Source of the DNA: an uncultured Cytophagia bacterium
GTDB lineage: Bacteria; Zhuqueibacterota; Zhuqueibacteria; Oceanimicrobiales; CAZGRP01
Direction of reading: 5' to 3'
NCBI GenBank assembly: GCA_964527995.1
Contig: CAZGRP010000003.1
Span: forward strand, 9,834-73,833
DNA: 64,000 nt
The notes beneath the pieces were generated by a model that searched no databases, was not told the origin of the DNA, and saw nothing but the letters and a program-made list of their open reading frames with translations. Positions 27,920-36,867 of the stretch are shown here, in pieces. Each line of letters opens with the position of its first letter. Position 1 is the first letter of the stretch. A program made the translations under genes and the position numbers.

Positions 27920-29878
27920 GTGCCTGCCTCTTCCCGACGGCGGCCGTGGCGCGCCCTGGTGGTGTGGCTTGGCCCTCTCATGCTGCTGGCCGCTGGATGC
28001 GGCAAGAATCCGCCTACGACTCCGCCTCAGTTCCAGATTGTAGAAAACCGCCGGTGGCAAAGCATCTGGCCAGTGGCCACCGAAGTGCGCTCGCTGGTTT
28101 TCAGTCCCGAGCGGCCCGAACTCGCTGTGGCCGGGACCGTGGGCGGAGGCGTGTTTCGCAGCCGGGACGGCGGGCGCTCTTGGGGTCCGGCCACAGCCGG
28201 TCTACCCGTTCCCGACATCTTGTCGCTGGCCGCCGACCCGGTGCAACCCGGTGTTTTCTATGCGGGGACGTGGGGTGGTGGTGTATGTGTCTCCCGTTCC
28301 GACGCGAGAAGTTGGGTTCCAGAAAACGGCAGCCTCGATGCCTCAACCATTTATTCCGTCTACATTCCGCCCTCCCAACCCGACGTCATCTACGTGGGAA
28401 CGGACGCTGGCGTCTTTCGCAGCCCCACGATGCCACTCCTGTGGAAGCGGAGCGGAGCGGCCCTCACCGGCGTCGATGTGTTTACGCTGACGGGTGATTC
28501 GCGGGACGCTGCCATCCTCTACGCCGGAACACGACAGGGCCTGTACCGCTCTTCGGACGGCGGACAATCCTGGCAGGCGGTCGCCGGGCCGGTGCAGGGC
28601 GTGCCGGTGCTGGCCGTAGCCCAGCCACCGAACGCGGCCGGCCTTCTCTATGTAGGCACCTACAGTGTCGGGGAGCCCGGATTCTTCAAGTCGGCCGACG
28701 GTGGCAGCCACTGGAACAACGCCTCCAGCGGCATGGTCGGCCGGGTAGTCAGCGGGATCACGGTCGACCCCAGGGATGAGCGCATCATCTACGCCGCGAC
28801 AGAACGCGGCCTGAACAAGTCGCTCGACGGCGGCGGCAGTTGGAGCCTGGTGAGCGCTGCGCTCGGTGATCGGCCGGTGCAATTCGTCGGCCTTCACCCT
28901 CAACTTCCCGAACGCGTTTTCGTCGGCACAGCGGCGGGGCTGTTCATCAGCGAAGACGGCGGCCTCACTTGGACCAGCGCCAATGCGGGTCTGGCCGAGC
29001 CCGACGTGCAGGCTCTGGCCATGCCTCAGCGGCAACCGGCCCCACTGTTCGTCTCCACCCACGAGGGCATCTTTATCAGTCGGGACGATGGTGCCAGCTG
29101 GCAGCCGGCAGACTCAGGGCTGGCGGTCTACGACGTACGCGCCATTGCCGCCGACCCCTCGGAGCCGCTGCGGCTACTGGCGGGCACGGCCGGTGCCGGC
29201 GTTTTCCTGACCGAAGACCAGGGGGCGCACTGGCAGCCATCGAACGCAGGGCTTCCCGGGGTGAGTTTCGTCAGTCATCTGCTGTTCCATCCCACCGAGG
29301 TCGGCCTGGTGATGGCAGTGATTCAGCCGCAAGGAGTGTATGTGAGCGAAGATGCCGGGGCGAACTGGCAGGCGCGTAGTGCCGATCTCAACGATGTCCA
29401 AATCACCACCGCGGCGATGTCGCCGTCGGAGCCCGAGACCATCTACATCGGCACGGCCCAGAGCGGTGTCTATCGCTCGGCGAACGGCGGCAGGGATTGG
29501 CAGCCTGCCAACACCGGTCTGGGAAGCCGCACGATCACCGCTGTCGCCGTCGACCCCCAGGACGAACAAACCGTCTTCGCCGCCACCGATGCCGGGCTCT
29601 ATCGGTCCACCGACGCGGCTGCCACATGGCAGCCGTTCGCCAGCGATCTGAGCGGCACCATCGTTCTCACCATCGCTTTCGATCAGTCTGACCCAAACGT
29701 CATGTTCGTCGGGACGCTGGGAGACGGCGTGTACAAGAGCCCGGATAGCGGGGTCCACTGGGGAACCATCAACACCGGTCTGGCAAGCCGGGTTGTCCGC
29801 CGCCTGATCACGCCACCGGCCGATCCAGATCGGATCTTTGCAGTCACACCGGATGCCGGAGTGTTCGTGTTGCAGTAG
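27920..29878 (+). CDS. BNR/Asp-box repeat beta-propeller lipoprotein (Ycf48/sialidase-like fold).
   Basis: GGAG RBS 5 nt before an in-frame GTG at 27920. That gives MPASSRRRPWRALVVWLGPLMLLAAGC (lipobox). At least 11 Asp-box repeats: SRDGGRSW, SSDGGQSW, SADGGSHW, SLDGGGSW, SEDGGLTW, SRDDGASW, TEDQGAHW, SEDAGANW, SANGGRDW, STDAAATW, SPDSGVHW. Confidence 0.8.
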   Translation: MPASSRRRPWRALVVWLGPLMLLAAGCGKNPPTTPPQFQIVENRRWQSIWPVATEVRSLVFSPERPELAVAGTVGGGVFRSRDGGRSWGPATAGLPVPDILSLAADPVQPGVFYAGTWGGGVCVSRSDARSWVPENGSLDASTIYSVYIPPSQPDVIYVGTDAGVFRSPTMPLLWKRSGAALTGVDVFTLTGDSRDAAILYAGTRQGLYRSSDGGQSWQAVAGPVQGVPVLAVAQPPNAAGLLYVGTYSVGEPGFFKSADGGSHWNNASSGMVGRVVSGITVDPRDERIIYAATERGLNKSLDGGGSWSLVSAALGDRPVQFVGLHPQLPERVFVGTAAGLFISEDGGLTWTSANAGLAEPDVQALAMPQRQPAPLFVSTHEGIFISRDDGASWQPADSGLAVYDVRAIAADPSEPLRLLAGTAGAGVFLTEDQGAHWQPSNAGLPGVSFVSHLLFHPTEVGLVMAVIQPQGVYVSEDAGANWQARSADLNDVQITTAAMSPSEPETIYIGTAQSGVYRSANGGRDWQPANTGLGSRTITAVAVDPQDEQTVFAATDAGLYRSTDAAATWQPFASDLSGTIVLTIAFDQSDPNVMFVGTLGDGVYKSPDSGVHWGTINTGLASRVVRRLITPPADPDRIFAVTPDAGVFVLQ

Positions 29879-29890
29879 AGGAGGGAACAG

Positions 29891-31132
29891 GTGGATCTCA
29901 AGGAAAAGCTGCGCATCCTCGAGCGCCAGCAGGCCGGCCCGGCGACACCGGCGACCCGCGCCCTAGGCCGGCCGATTCAGGAGTTCCTTTCCGGAGAGGT
30001 TCGCCAGACACCCATGGGAAGCTGTTTCGTTCACAGCGAGAACTTCCCACTTGCCCACACCCACGGCGAGGTCAGGCTGCAAACCGCCTTGCATGTCTCA
30101 TCCGAAAGCCTGAGCTGCGTAGCCAAAGAGGAGGGGTTTTGCGGCCGCACTCTACGCCGCGCCGTGTTTCTCGACACCGAAACGACCGGTCTGGCCGGAG
30201 GCGCCGGCACGTGTGCGTTCTTGATTGGCGTGGGCTATTTCGCCGACGGCGAGTTCCGTATCGAACAATTCTTCATGCGCGATTTTCATGAAGAACGCGC
30301 CTGCCTGTTCCTGGTTCACGAGGCGATCTCGAAGGCCGATGTTCTGGTGAGCTTCAACGGCAAGTCATTTGACGTGCCGATCTTGAGATCGCGGGCCATC
30401 ACGGCGCGAGTCGGAGGATCCTTCGAACACGTGCTGCATGTCGACCTTCTCTACACCGCCCGCCGGCTGTGGAAGCACCGTCTCAGGTCCTGCACGCTGT
30501 CCCAGATCGAGCGATACGTCGTCGGCCACCACCGCCACGGCGACGTCCCGGGCGAACTTGTGCCGCAGATCTATTTCGACTACCTCCACAGCGGCAATGC
30601 CGGCCCCCTCGTCGGCATTTTCTCGCACAACCGGGATGACATTCTCTCGCTGGTGGCGCTGGCCGCAAAAGCCTGTCAAACCTTCGAACAGCCCCGCCAG
30701 CTCGCCACCAGCCCCGAGGACGCGGTCGCCGTGGGCAAGACCCTGGAAGCCATGCGGCGACTGGAGCGTACTGCTGAAGTGTACAAATCGGTGCTGGTGG
30801 CACACGGCAACCCGCCTCAGCTCGCCGGCATAGCTCTGCGGCTGGCGGCATGCTACAAGCGCCTGGGTCGCTGGCCCGAGGCCGTCGCCCAATGGCAGCA
30901 GCTCATCGACAGCGCCGGTTTCTTCCCCGACGCCTACGTGGAGCTGGCCAAGTACTACGAGCATCGAGCGCGCGACTTCCAGGCTGCCCGCGCCATCGTC
31001 GAGCGTGCCCTGGCAGCCCTGGAAATCCGCGAGGGCCTGCGAGGCGGCGCAGCGGACCGGCAGCTGCGCGCTGAGCTCCTTTATCGGCTCCGGCGTATCG
31101 AGCGCAAAGAAGCAAGACAGCGCCGGGCATAA
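29891..31132 (+). CDS. RNase-H-like fold protein (YprB / RNase_H_2-type predicted 3'-5' exonuclease) with C-terminal TPR repeats.
   Basis: AVFLDTETTGL (Exo I-like DxE), FNGKSFDVPIL, HVDLL. C-terminal TPR-like helices. Confidence 0.65.
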   Translation: MDLKEKLRILERQQAGPATPATRALGRPIQEFLSGEVRQTPMGSCFVHSENFPLAHTHGEVRLQTALHVSSESLSCVAKEEGFCGRTLRRAVFLDTETTGLAGGAGTCAFLIGVGYFADGEFRIEQFFMRDFHEERACLFLVHEAISKADVLVSFNGKSFDVPILRSRAITARVGGSFEHVLHVDLLYTARRLWKHRLRSCTLSQIERYVVGHHRHGDVPGELVPQIYFDYLHSGNAGPLVGIFSHNRDDILSLVALAAKACQTFEQPRQLATSPEDAVAVGKTLEAMRRLERTAEVYKSVLVAHGNPPQLAGIALRLAACYKRLGRWPEAVAQWQQLIDSAGFFPDAYVELAKYYEHRARDFQAARAIVERALAALEIREGLRGGAADRQLRAELLYRLRRIERKEARQRRA

Positions 31133-31200
31133 TGATCGCAACCCGGCCGACGGCCGGCAAGGCTTGGGCTTCGAGTGAGCGTAGCTTCGAGCGGAGGAGC

Positions 31201-31245
31201 AAAAAGAAAAGGGCCGCGGTTGCCGCGGCCCTCTCGACGTCTCGT
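31201..31245. terminator. Bidirectional intrinsic terminator between the convergent RNase-H-like and PpiC genes.
   Basis: Perfect 9-bp hairpin GGGCCGCGG-ttg-CCGCGGCCC (31211-31231). AAAAAGAAAA on the left gives a U-run for the minus-strand transcript. A U-rich TCTCGACGTCTCGTTCTTG follows on the right. Confidence 0.65.
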
Positions 31246-31259
31246 TCTTGCGGTGATGA

Positions 31260-31814
31260 CTACTGAATTCTCTTGAAGATGTGGTATCCGAGGCTCGTTT
31301 TGATGATACCGCTGATCTCTCCGGGCTTGAGCTTCAGGATCGCGTCTTCAAATTCCGGCAGGAAGTCACCCTTGTGAAAGTAGCCGAGATCACCGCCTTC
31401 CTTGGCATTGGGGCCGATAGAATACTTTTTTGCCAGCTCCTTGAAATCGGCTCCCTCGGCGAGCTGTTTCAGGACTGCCTCGGCATCTTCGGACGTCTTC
31501 ACCAGAATCTGCAGAGCCCGGTACCGCGGCCCCGCCAGGTCCTCGCGGGTCAATGTCGTCGACTCTTTCCAGATCCACCCTGTGACCGCGACCTTCACCC
31601 ATTTGCCCTTGTCTTGCAGCACCACCATGGACGCGCCCTTGGCGAGGGAGCCGATCCGATCACCGTTGGGCGCGATCCTCAGGTTCTCCTGATCGGCCTT
31701 GACGTAGATGATGTTCCCCTTGACGTAGTCCGTATAGGCGTAGGCTGCCACAGCGACAAGCAACACCGCGACGACCAGAATCAAGCGCTTCTGCTTTGCC
31801 ATTCCCTCCCTCAT
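31260..31814 (-). CDS. Peptidyl-prolyl cis-trans isomerase, PpiC/parvulin type, with an N-terminal SH3b-like domain. Membrane anchored or secreted.
   Basis: Parvulin domain ...YRALQILVKTSEDAEAVLKQLAEGADFKELAKKYSIGPNAKEGGDLGYFHKGDFLPEFEDA.... N-terminal SH3b-like block. Confidence 0.8.
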   Translation of the reverse strand: MREGMAKQKRLILVVAVLLVAVAAYAYTDYVKGNIIYVKADQENLRIAPNGDRIGSLAKGASMVVLQDKGKWVKVAVTGWIWKESTTLTREDLAGPRYRALQILVKTSEDAEAVLKQLAEGADFKELAKKYSIGPNAKEGGDLGYFHKGDFLPEFEDAILKLKPGEISGIIKTSLGYHIFKRIQ

Positions 31815-31820
31815 CGATGT

Positions 31821-33308
31821 TTAATTTCCGAATAGCACCTGGTGTTTCTTTGGTTTCAAACGCACGTCCAACCTTAGCGGTTTCCGCCTCGGCACCCTGA
31901 GGTTGGAAAAAACCTGGGGCAAGTAGCCCTCGCTCCGGAACTCGACGGTATACACGCCCGGAAGTAAGATGCGGTCGTAGCGCCCCGACCGCGGGTCGGT
32001 GTGGCGAGGGCGCACATACGGAGCGCTGTTCTCGACTACAGCGATCTCCGCGTTCAGAGGCGCTCCGGTCTCGGCATCGAAGACGTGTCCCGTGATTCCG
32101 GGGCCGTGCAGCCGTTCGAGAAGGTAGACGGCACCTTTGACGTTCTGCGCCACGATGCGGGAGACGTCTTGATTGTCCGGGAAGTAATCCGTCCCCACCT
32201 CGACGATGAAGTCGATGGTCCTCAGTGCACCGTACATCCAGATCGAGCTCTGCCCGACACGCCCGTTCAGCGGCAGCAGCGCATAGTGGCCCTTGCCATC
32301 CACGCGCCGGATGCGGCTGGCCATGTGGCTGGCGATATCCAGGATTACGTCCTCGTCCGGCGGGCGGTCGAAGTTCCCCCAGGGGAACAGAATCGACTCT
32401 CCGTAGCTGTGGTAGCCGATGCCGAAAACGAAGTTTTCTCGCAACGCCAGATCGCGCAGCGCCCGGACCTCCGGCTCGGAGAAAGGCCGCCTGCCGCGAT
32501 AGAACCAGCTTCCCGGGTAGCCATCCCCGCCCTGGTCCCAGTTGTAGTCGTAGTTGCGATTCAGATCCACACCGTCGATCAACGGATCGAACTTACCATC
32601 ACCGTCATTGTCGCGGAGATTCTTCCGCCACCACGGAAACGGCAGGCGGTTGTCCATGACATACTTATACCCCTCAGGATTGACAACGGGCACGAACCAG
32701 ACACTGGTATTGTCGACCCAGTTCGTCACCCGGGGGTCGCGACCATATCTGCTGACCAGGTACTTCATCAGGGCCAGTGTGATCTTGGCGCCGAGCGGCT
32801 CGCGGGCGTGGTGGACGCCGGTAAACAAGACCGTTGGCTCATCTTCATCCACCGATACATTATCGGACACTTTTACGGCCCAGATCGGCAACCCCAGCCG
32901 GGAACCGACACCGATCTGCTCGAGCCGCACCAGGTCCGGATGGACGGCGGCGAGCGAATCCATGGTCTGCTCGATCGCTTCCAGGGATCTATATGCGGTA
33001 GGAATCCTTCGAGGGTAGCCCGATCCAGAGGTCCACTTGAGTGGGGAGCCACCGCTGTGAAGGGCCACGACCTGCACCGTAGCAGGCCCGGCGCCGGCGC
33101 GATGACGTCTGCCGGAATCTTTCCTGGCGATATTGAGTTTCAGGCTGCGGAGCTTGCGGCTGTCTTCAGCTCTGGGCGGAAGGATACGCGTCGGAGGGCG
33201 ACGCCCAGGGGCACGATTGCTGCGCGCCAGGAAAAGCAGGTAGGCAGTGAGAAGCGTAGATAATCCGAGGACGAACGCTCTGCTCGTGCTGCGGCTAGAG
33301 AGTCTCAT
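31821..33308 (-). CDS. M14-family zinc carboxypeptidase with a C-terminal carboxypeptidase-regulatory-like domain.
   Basis: Zinc-binding HHAREP block. ...WFVPVVNPEGYKY.... ...GIGYHSYGESILFPWG.... Signal peptide. Confidence 0.85.
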   Translation of the reverse strand: MRLSSRSTSRAFVLGLSTLLTAYLLFLARSNRAPGRRPPTRILPPRAEDSRKLRSLKLNIARKDSGRRHRAGAGPATVQVVALHSGGSPLKWTSGSGYPRRIPTAYRSLEAIEQTMDSLAAVHPDLVRLEQIGVGSRLGLPIWAVKVSDNVSVDEDEPTVLFTGVHHAREPLGAKITLALMKYLVSRYGRDPRVTNWVDNTSVWFVPVVNPEGYKYVMDNRLPFPWWRKNLRDNDGDGKFDPLIDGVDLNRNYDYNWDQGGDGYPGSWFYRGRRPFSEPEVRALRDLALRENFVFGIGYHSYGESILFPWGNFDRPPDEDVILDIASHMASRIRRVDGKGHYALLPLNGRVGQSSIWMYGALRTIDFIVEVGTDYFPDNQDVSRIVAQNVKGAVYLLERLHGPGITGHVFDAETGAPLNAEIAVVENSAPYVRPRHTDPRSGRYDRILLPGVYTVEFRSEGYLPQVFSNLRVPRRKPLRLDVRLKPKKHQVLFGN

Positions 33309-33687
33309 AAGGCATCAGGAGGATTGGTCAGCGAACCGTTTTCCGATCTCCGTGGGGACTTTTGGCAAGTTCCATGCCACTGCCGAATGCCGTCGGCGCC
33401 TCCTGACGATGCCGATGCCATTGGCCTGCGGCTCGTCCTCCTGCTAACACCAACGCGGACTCCGCAGCGGAAATTCCACCATCAGACAGGCCGAGATGGT
33501 GCCTGAATACACGCTCGCTTGTTGGTCCTAAGTCCCGCTACTGAATCCCCCAATCCTGTGGTCAGGCAGCGCCCCGATCCGGCGCCCTGCAAGAAACGAC
33601 ATACCCCGTGCTTGTATCCTTGCAACGAGAAAGCCGGTCCGCGAAAGGAAAAGAAGTATCTCGACGCGCCAGGGGTCGCCTCGCAAT

Positions 33688-35199
33688 CTACAGGCCACTG
33701 AGAAACGCGACCGAGTAGGTAGCCAGACGGGTCAACGGCGCCCAGTAGACCCCCAAAACGACAACCGGAATGGCCAGAACGGCCAAAAGGGTCACGAAAA
33801 GAGGTGAAACCCTGAGCCTCATGGTCGCCGCCTCTTTTGTGGGGTCAATAAACATGGCCCGCAACACCCGCGCGTAGTAGTAAAGGGAGATGACGCTGTT
33901 GAGTAGACCAACAAGGGCCAACCAGTAGAACTGCGGCCCTCCTTTCACCAAAGCCGCAAAAAGGTAGAATTTGCCTATGAAACCGCCCGTCGGCGGAAGG
34001 CCCGTGAGGGAGAACAAGAAAATTCCCATGGCTACGGCTGGAATCGGAGCACGCCAGACCAGCCCCTTGTAGTCATCGATGTCCTCGCTGTTCAGCAGAT
34101 CCTGATTCACGATCACCACGAGGAAGGCACCCATGTTCATCAGGTAGTACACCACGAGATAGAAAATCGTCGCGTGGATCCCTTCCTTACTCAGAACCAC
34201 CGTACCCATCAGGGCATAGCCGGCGTGTGCAATGCTGGAGTAGGCCAGCAGCCGCTTGATGTTGCGCTGAGAAATGGCCAGCAGGTTCCCGAGCGTCATC
34301 GTGGCGGCCGACACCGCCGCCAGGATCTGCGGCCAGTTGATGGCCGTCAGTGCGCTCCAGGTGCCGTCAACCCCCTCTGGGCTGACCAGTGCGACATTGA
34401 AGAAGCGGATCAGTACCGCAAAACCGGCGGCCTTCGGGCCCACCGACAGGAAGGCCGTGATCGGCGTCGGCGCGCCCTCATAGACATCCGGCGCCCAGAA
34501 ATGGAACGGCACCGCAGCGATTTTGTAGCCGAATCCGGCCAGCGCCAGCAACACGGCAACGAACAGCACGAGCGGATCGACCGGCTTGGAGACGAGCACG
34601 TCACGGATCTGGTACAGGTCAAGAGTGCCGGTCAATCCGTAGATGATCGACAAGCCGTAGAGCATGAGGCCGGTGGAGAAGATACCATAGATGGCGTACT
34701 TCAGTCCCGCTTCGGTGGAGCGCCGGCGGGTTTTCAGGTAGGCTGCCAGCACAAAGGACGAATTGCTGACCAGCTCGATGGAGATGAAAATCGTCACCAG
34801 GTTGGTGGCGCTCGCCATCAGGAACATCCCCAAGGTCGTCGATAGCAGCAGGGCGAAGTACTCGCCCACAGGCCGGCCTGCCAGCTCCACCGACCCGAAG
34901 GAAAGGAAGATCGTGAGCCCGGCTGCGAAGACAAAGATCAGCTTGAAGTAGAGAGCGAACGGGTCGAGAGCCAGCATATTGCTGAAGATCGACCGTGCCC
35001 CGAGGCCGTACTGCTGGTAGACGGCCAGCCCGACAACGAGCAGACCCGCCAGGGCAACGATCGACGTCCATGCAGAACGACGCCGTCCCAGAATCAGATC
35101 GACAACAATGACCACCACAATCCATCCGGCAAGCAGCATTTCTGGAATCGCGTACCGGAGACTCGCTATGTTGTCTTGAGTGATCGCAGCTATTTCCAT
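33688..35199 (-). CDS. nuoN: NADH-quinone oxidoreductase subunit N.
   Basis: 503 aa. 14-TM antiporter-like subunit. ND2/NuoN family pattern. Confidence 0.9.
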   Translation of the reverse strand: MEIAAITQDNIASLRYAIPEMLLAGWIVVVIVVDLILGRRRSAWTSIVALAGLLVVGLAVYQQYGLGARSIFSNMLALDPFALYFKLIFVFAAGLTIFLSFGSVELAGRPVGEYFALLLSTTLGMFLMASATNLVTIFISIELVSNSSFVLAAYLKTRRRSTEAGLKYAIYGIFSTGLMLYGLSIIYGLTGTLDLYQIRDVLVSKPVDPLVLFVAVLLALAGFGYKIAAVPFHFWAPDVYEGAPTPITAFLSVGPKAAGFAVLIRFFNVALVSPEGVDGTWSALTAINWPQILAAVSAATMTLGNLLAISQRNIKRLLAYSSIAHAGYALMGTVVLSKEGIHATIFYLVVYYLMNMGAFLVVIVNQDLLNSEDIDDYKGLVWRAPIPAVAMGIFLFSLTGLPPTGGFIGKFYLFAALVKGGPQFYWLALVGLLNSVISLYYYARVLRAMFIDPTKEAATMRLRVSPLFVTLLAVLAIPVVVLGVYWAPLTRLATYSVAFLSGL

Positions 35200-35247
35200 T
35201 GCCTTCCGGAAAGTTTTCAGTGGCAGAATTTCGGCGAAAGAGCAGTC

Positions 35248-36819
35248 TCAGTACAGTCCAAAGAGGATCGGATTTGCATTCTGCACCACGTGGACCAGAT
35301 TATCCAACGACGATTGCATCAGGTTCAACACCGGAGTTGGGTAGACACCGAGTAGTACGACGATGATAGCAAGCGGCACGAGTGTAAACAGCTCGCGAGC
35401 GTTGATCTCCGGCAGGTCGGCATACTTGGGGTTGAGCTTGCCGAGAAAAATCCGCTGCAAGCCCCACAGCATGTAGCCGGCGGTCAAGACGATCCCTGAG
35501 GTCGCGATGATGGTAATCAGTCGCAAATCAAACATCTGAGAGCCGTAGGCCCCCAGGAAAGAGAAAGCTTCGCTGATAAAGCTGGAGAGCCCAGGGAGTC
35601 CCAACGCCGCAAAGAAAGCCAAAGAGAAGATACCGGCATACACCGGCGTGACCTGGGCCAGGCCACCGAATTCGTCGATGTTCCGATGGTGGGCGCGGTC
35701 GTAGACGACCCCGACCAGGAGGAACAACATCGCCGTGACCGTGCCATGATTGAACATCTGCAGCACAGCTCCGTTCATCCCGAGCGATGTCAGCCCCGTC
35801 ATCCCCAGGAGAACGATGCCCATATGGCTGATGCTGGAATAGGCCACCATCTTCTTGAGGTCGCGCTGGGCCATGGCACAGAGGGCGCCGTAGATGATGT
35901 TGATCACCGCCAGGATCGCCAAGCCGTAGGCAAACCAGCTGTACTTCATGGCGTCAGGAAGCATGGGAAAACTGATCCGCAGCATGCCGTAGGTTCCCAT
36001 CTTCAACAGAACCCCAGCAAGAATCACGCTGATCGCGGTTGGTGCCTCGACGTGTGCATCTGGCAACCAGGTGTGGAAAGGGAACACCGGCACTTTGATG
36101 GCGAAGCCGATGAACAACGCCACGTAGATCCACAGACGGACGCTGGCGTTCGTGAGGATTCCGGTGTGATTCGCCTGGTCCATGATGTAGATCATGTTGA
36201 AGGTGTGCTGCCCGGTCACCGGATCCTTGACGTTGAAGTAGAAGACCAGCAACGAGATCAGAATCAGCACGCTGCCGAGCAATGTGTACAGGAAGAACTT
36301 GATGGCCGCGTAAGGACCGCCACGAACCATGCCATCGGGATCGACACGCGAAGGGCTGCCCCAAATGCCGATGAGGAAGTACATCGGCAGCAGCATGACC
36401 TCCCAGAACACGTAGAACAAGAAAAAGTCGAGGGAGTTGAACACCCCCATCATGCCGGCGTCCAACAAGAGGAAAAGGGCAAAGTAGCCCTTCACCCCTT
36501 TTTCGATTCCCCACGAAGCGATCGCCCCGATGAACGACAGCAGAGCGGTCAGGAGCACAAGCACCACGCTCAGACCGTCGATCCCCATCATATATTTGAT
36601 GTTGAAGGAAGGAATCCAGTCCTTCTCGACAAGGAACTGAAAGCCGCTATTGCCGCGGTCAAAGTTGACATAAATCCAGATGGCCAGTAGAACCTGCAAT
36701 CCGGTAAACACCGCGGCAGTGTAGCGGACCGCGTTATCGGCTTTGCGGGGGAATAGGAGGATCACAGCCATGCCGATGACCGGCAGGAACGTGATCCAGG
36801 TCAAAACGGAGCTTTCCAT
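35248..36819 (-). CDS. nuoM: NADH-quinone oxidoreductase subunit M.
   Basis: 523 aa. Antiporter-like ND4/NuoM. Confidence 0.9.
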   Translation of the reverse strand: MESSVLTWITFLPVIGMAVILLFPRKADNAVRYTAAVFTGLQVLLAIWIYVNFDRGNSGFQFLVEKDWIPSFNIKYMMGIDGLSVVLVLLTALLSFIGAIASWGIEKGVKGYFALFLLLDAGMMGVFNSLDFFLFYVFWEVMLLPMYFLIGIWGSPSRVDPDGMVRGGPYAAIKFFLYTLLGSVLILISLLVFYFNVKDPVTGQHTFNMIYIMDQANHTGILTNASVRLWIYVALFIGFAIKVPVFPFHTWLPDAHVEAPTAISVILAGVLLKMGTYGMLRISFPMLPDAMKYSWFAYGLAILAVINIIYGALCAMAQRDLKKMVAYSSISHMGIVLLGMTGLTSLGMNGAVLQMFNHGTVTAMLFLLVGVVYDRAHHRNIDEFGGLAQVTPVYAGIFSLAFFAALGLPGLSSFISEAFSFLGAYGSQMFDLRLITIIATSGIVLTAGYMLWGLQRIFLGKLNPKYADLPEINARELFTLVPLAIIVVLLGVYPTPVLNLMQSSLDNLVHVVQNANPILFGLY

Positions 36820-36867
36820 GAAGATGCTACCCTCCTGCTTGTGCTTTCAACGCCAAATCGTACCCGC

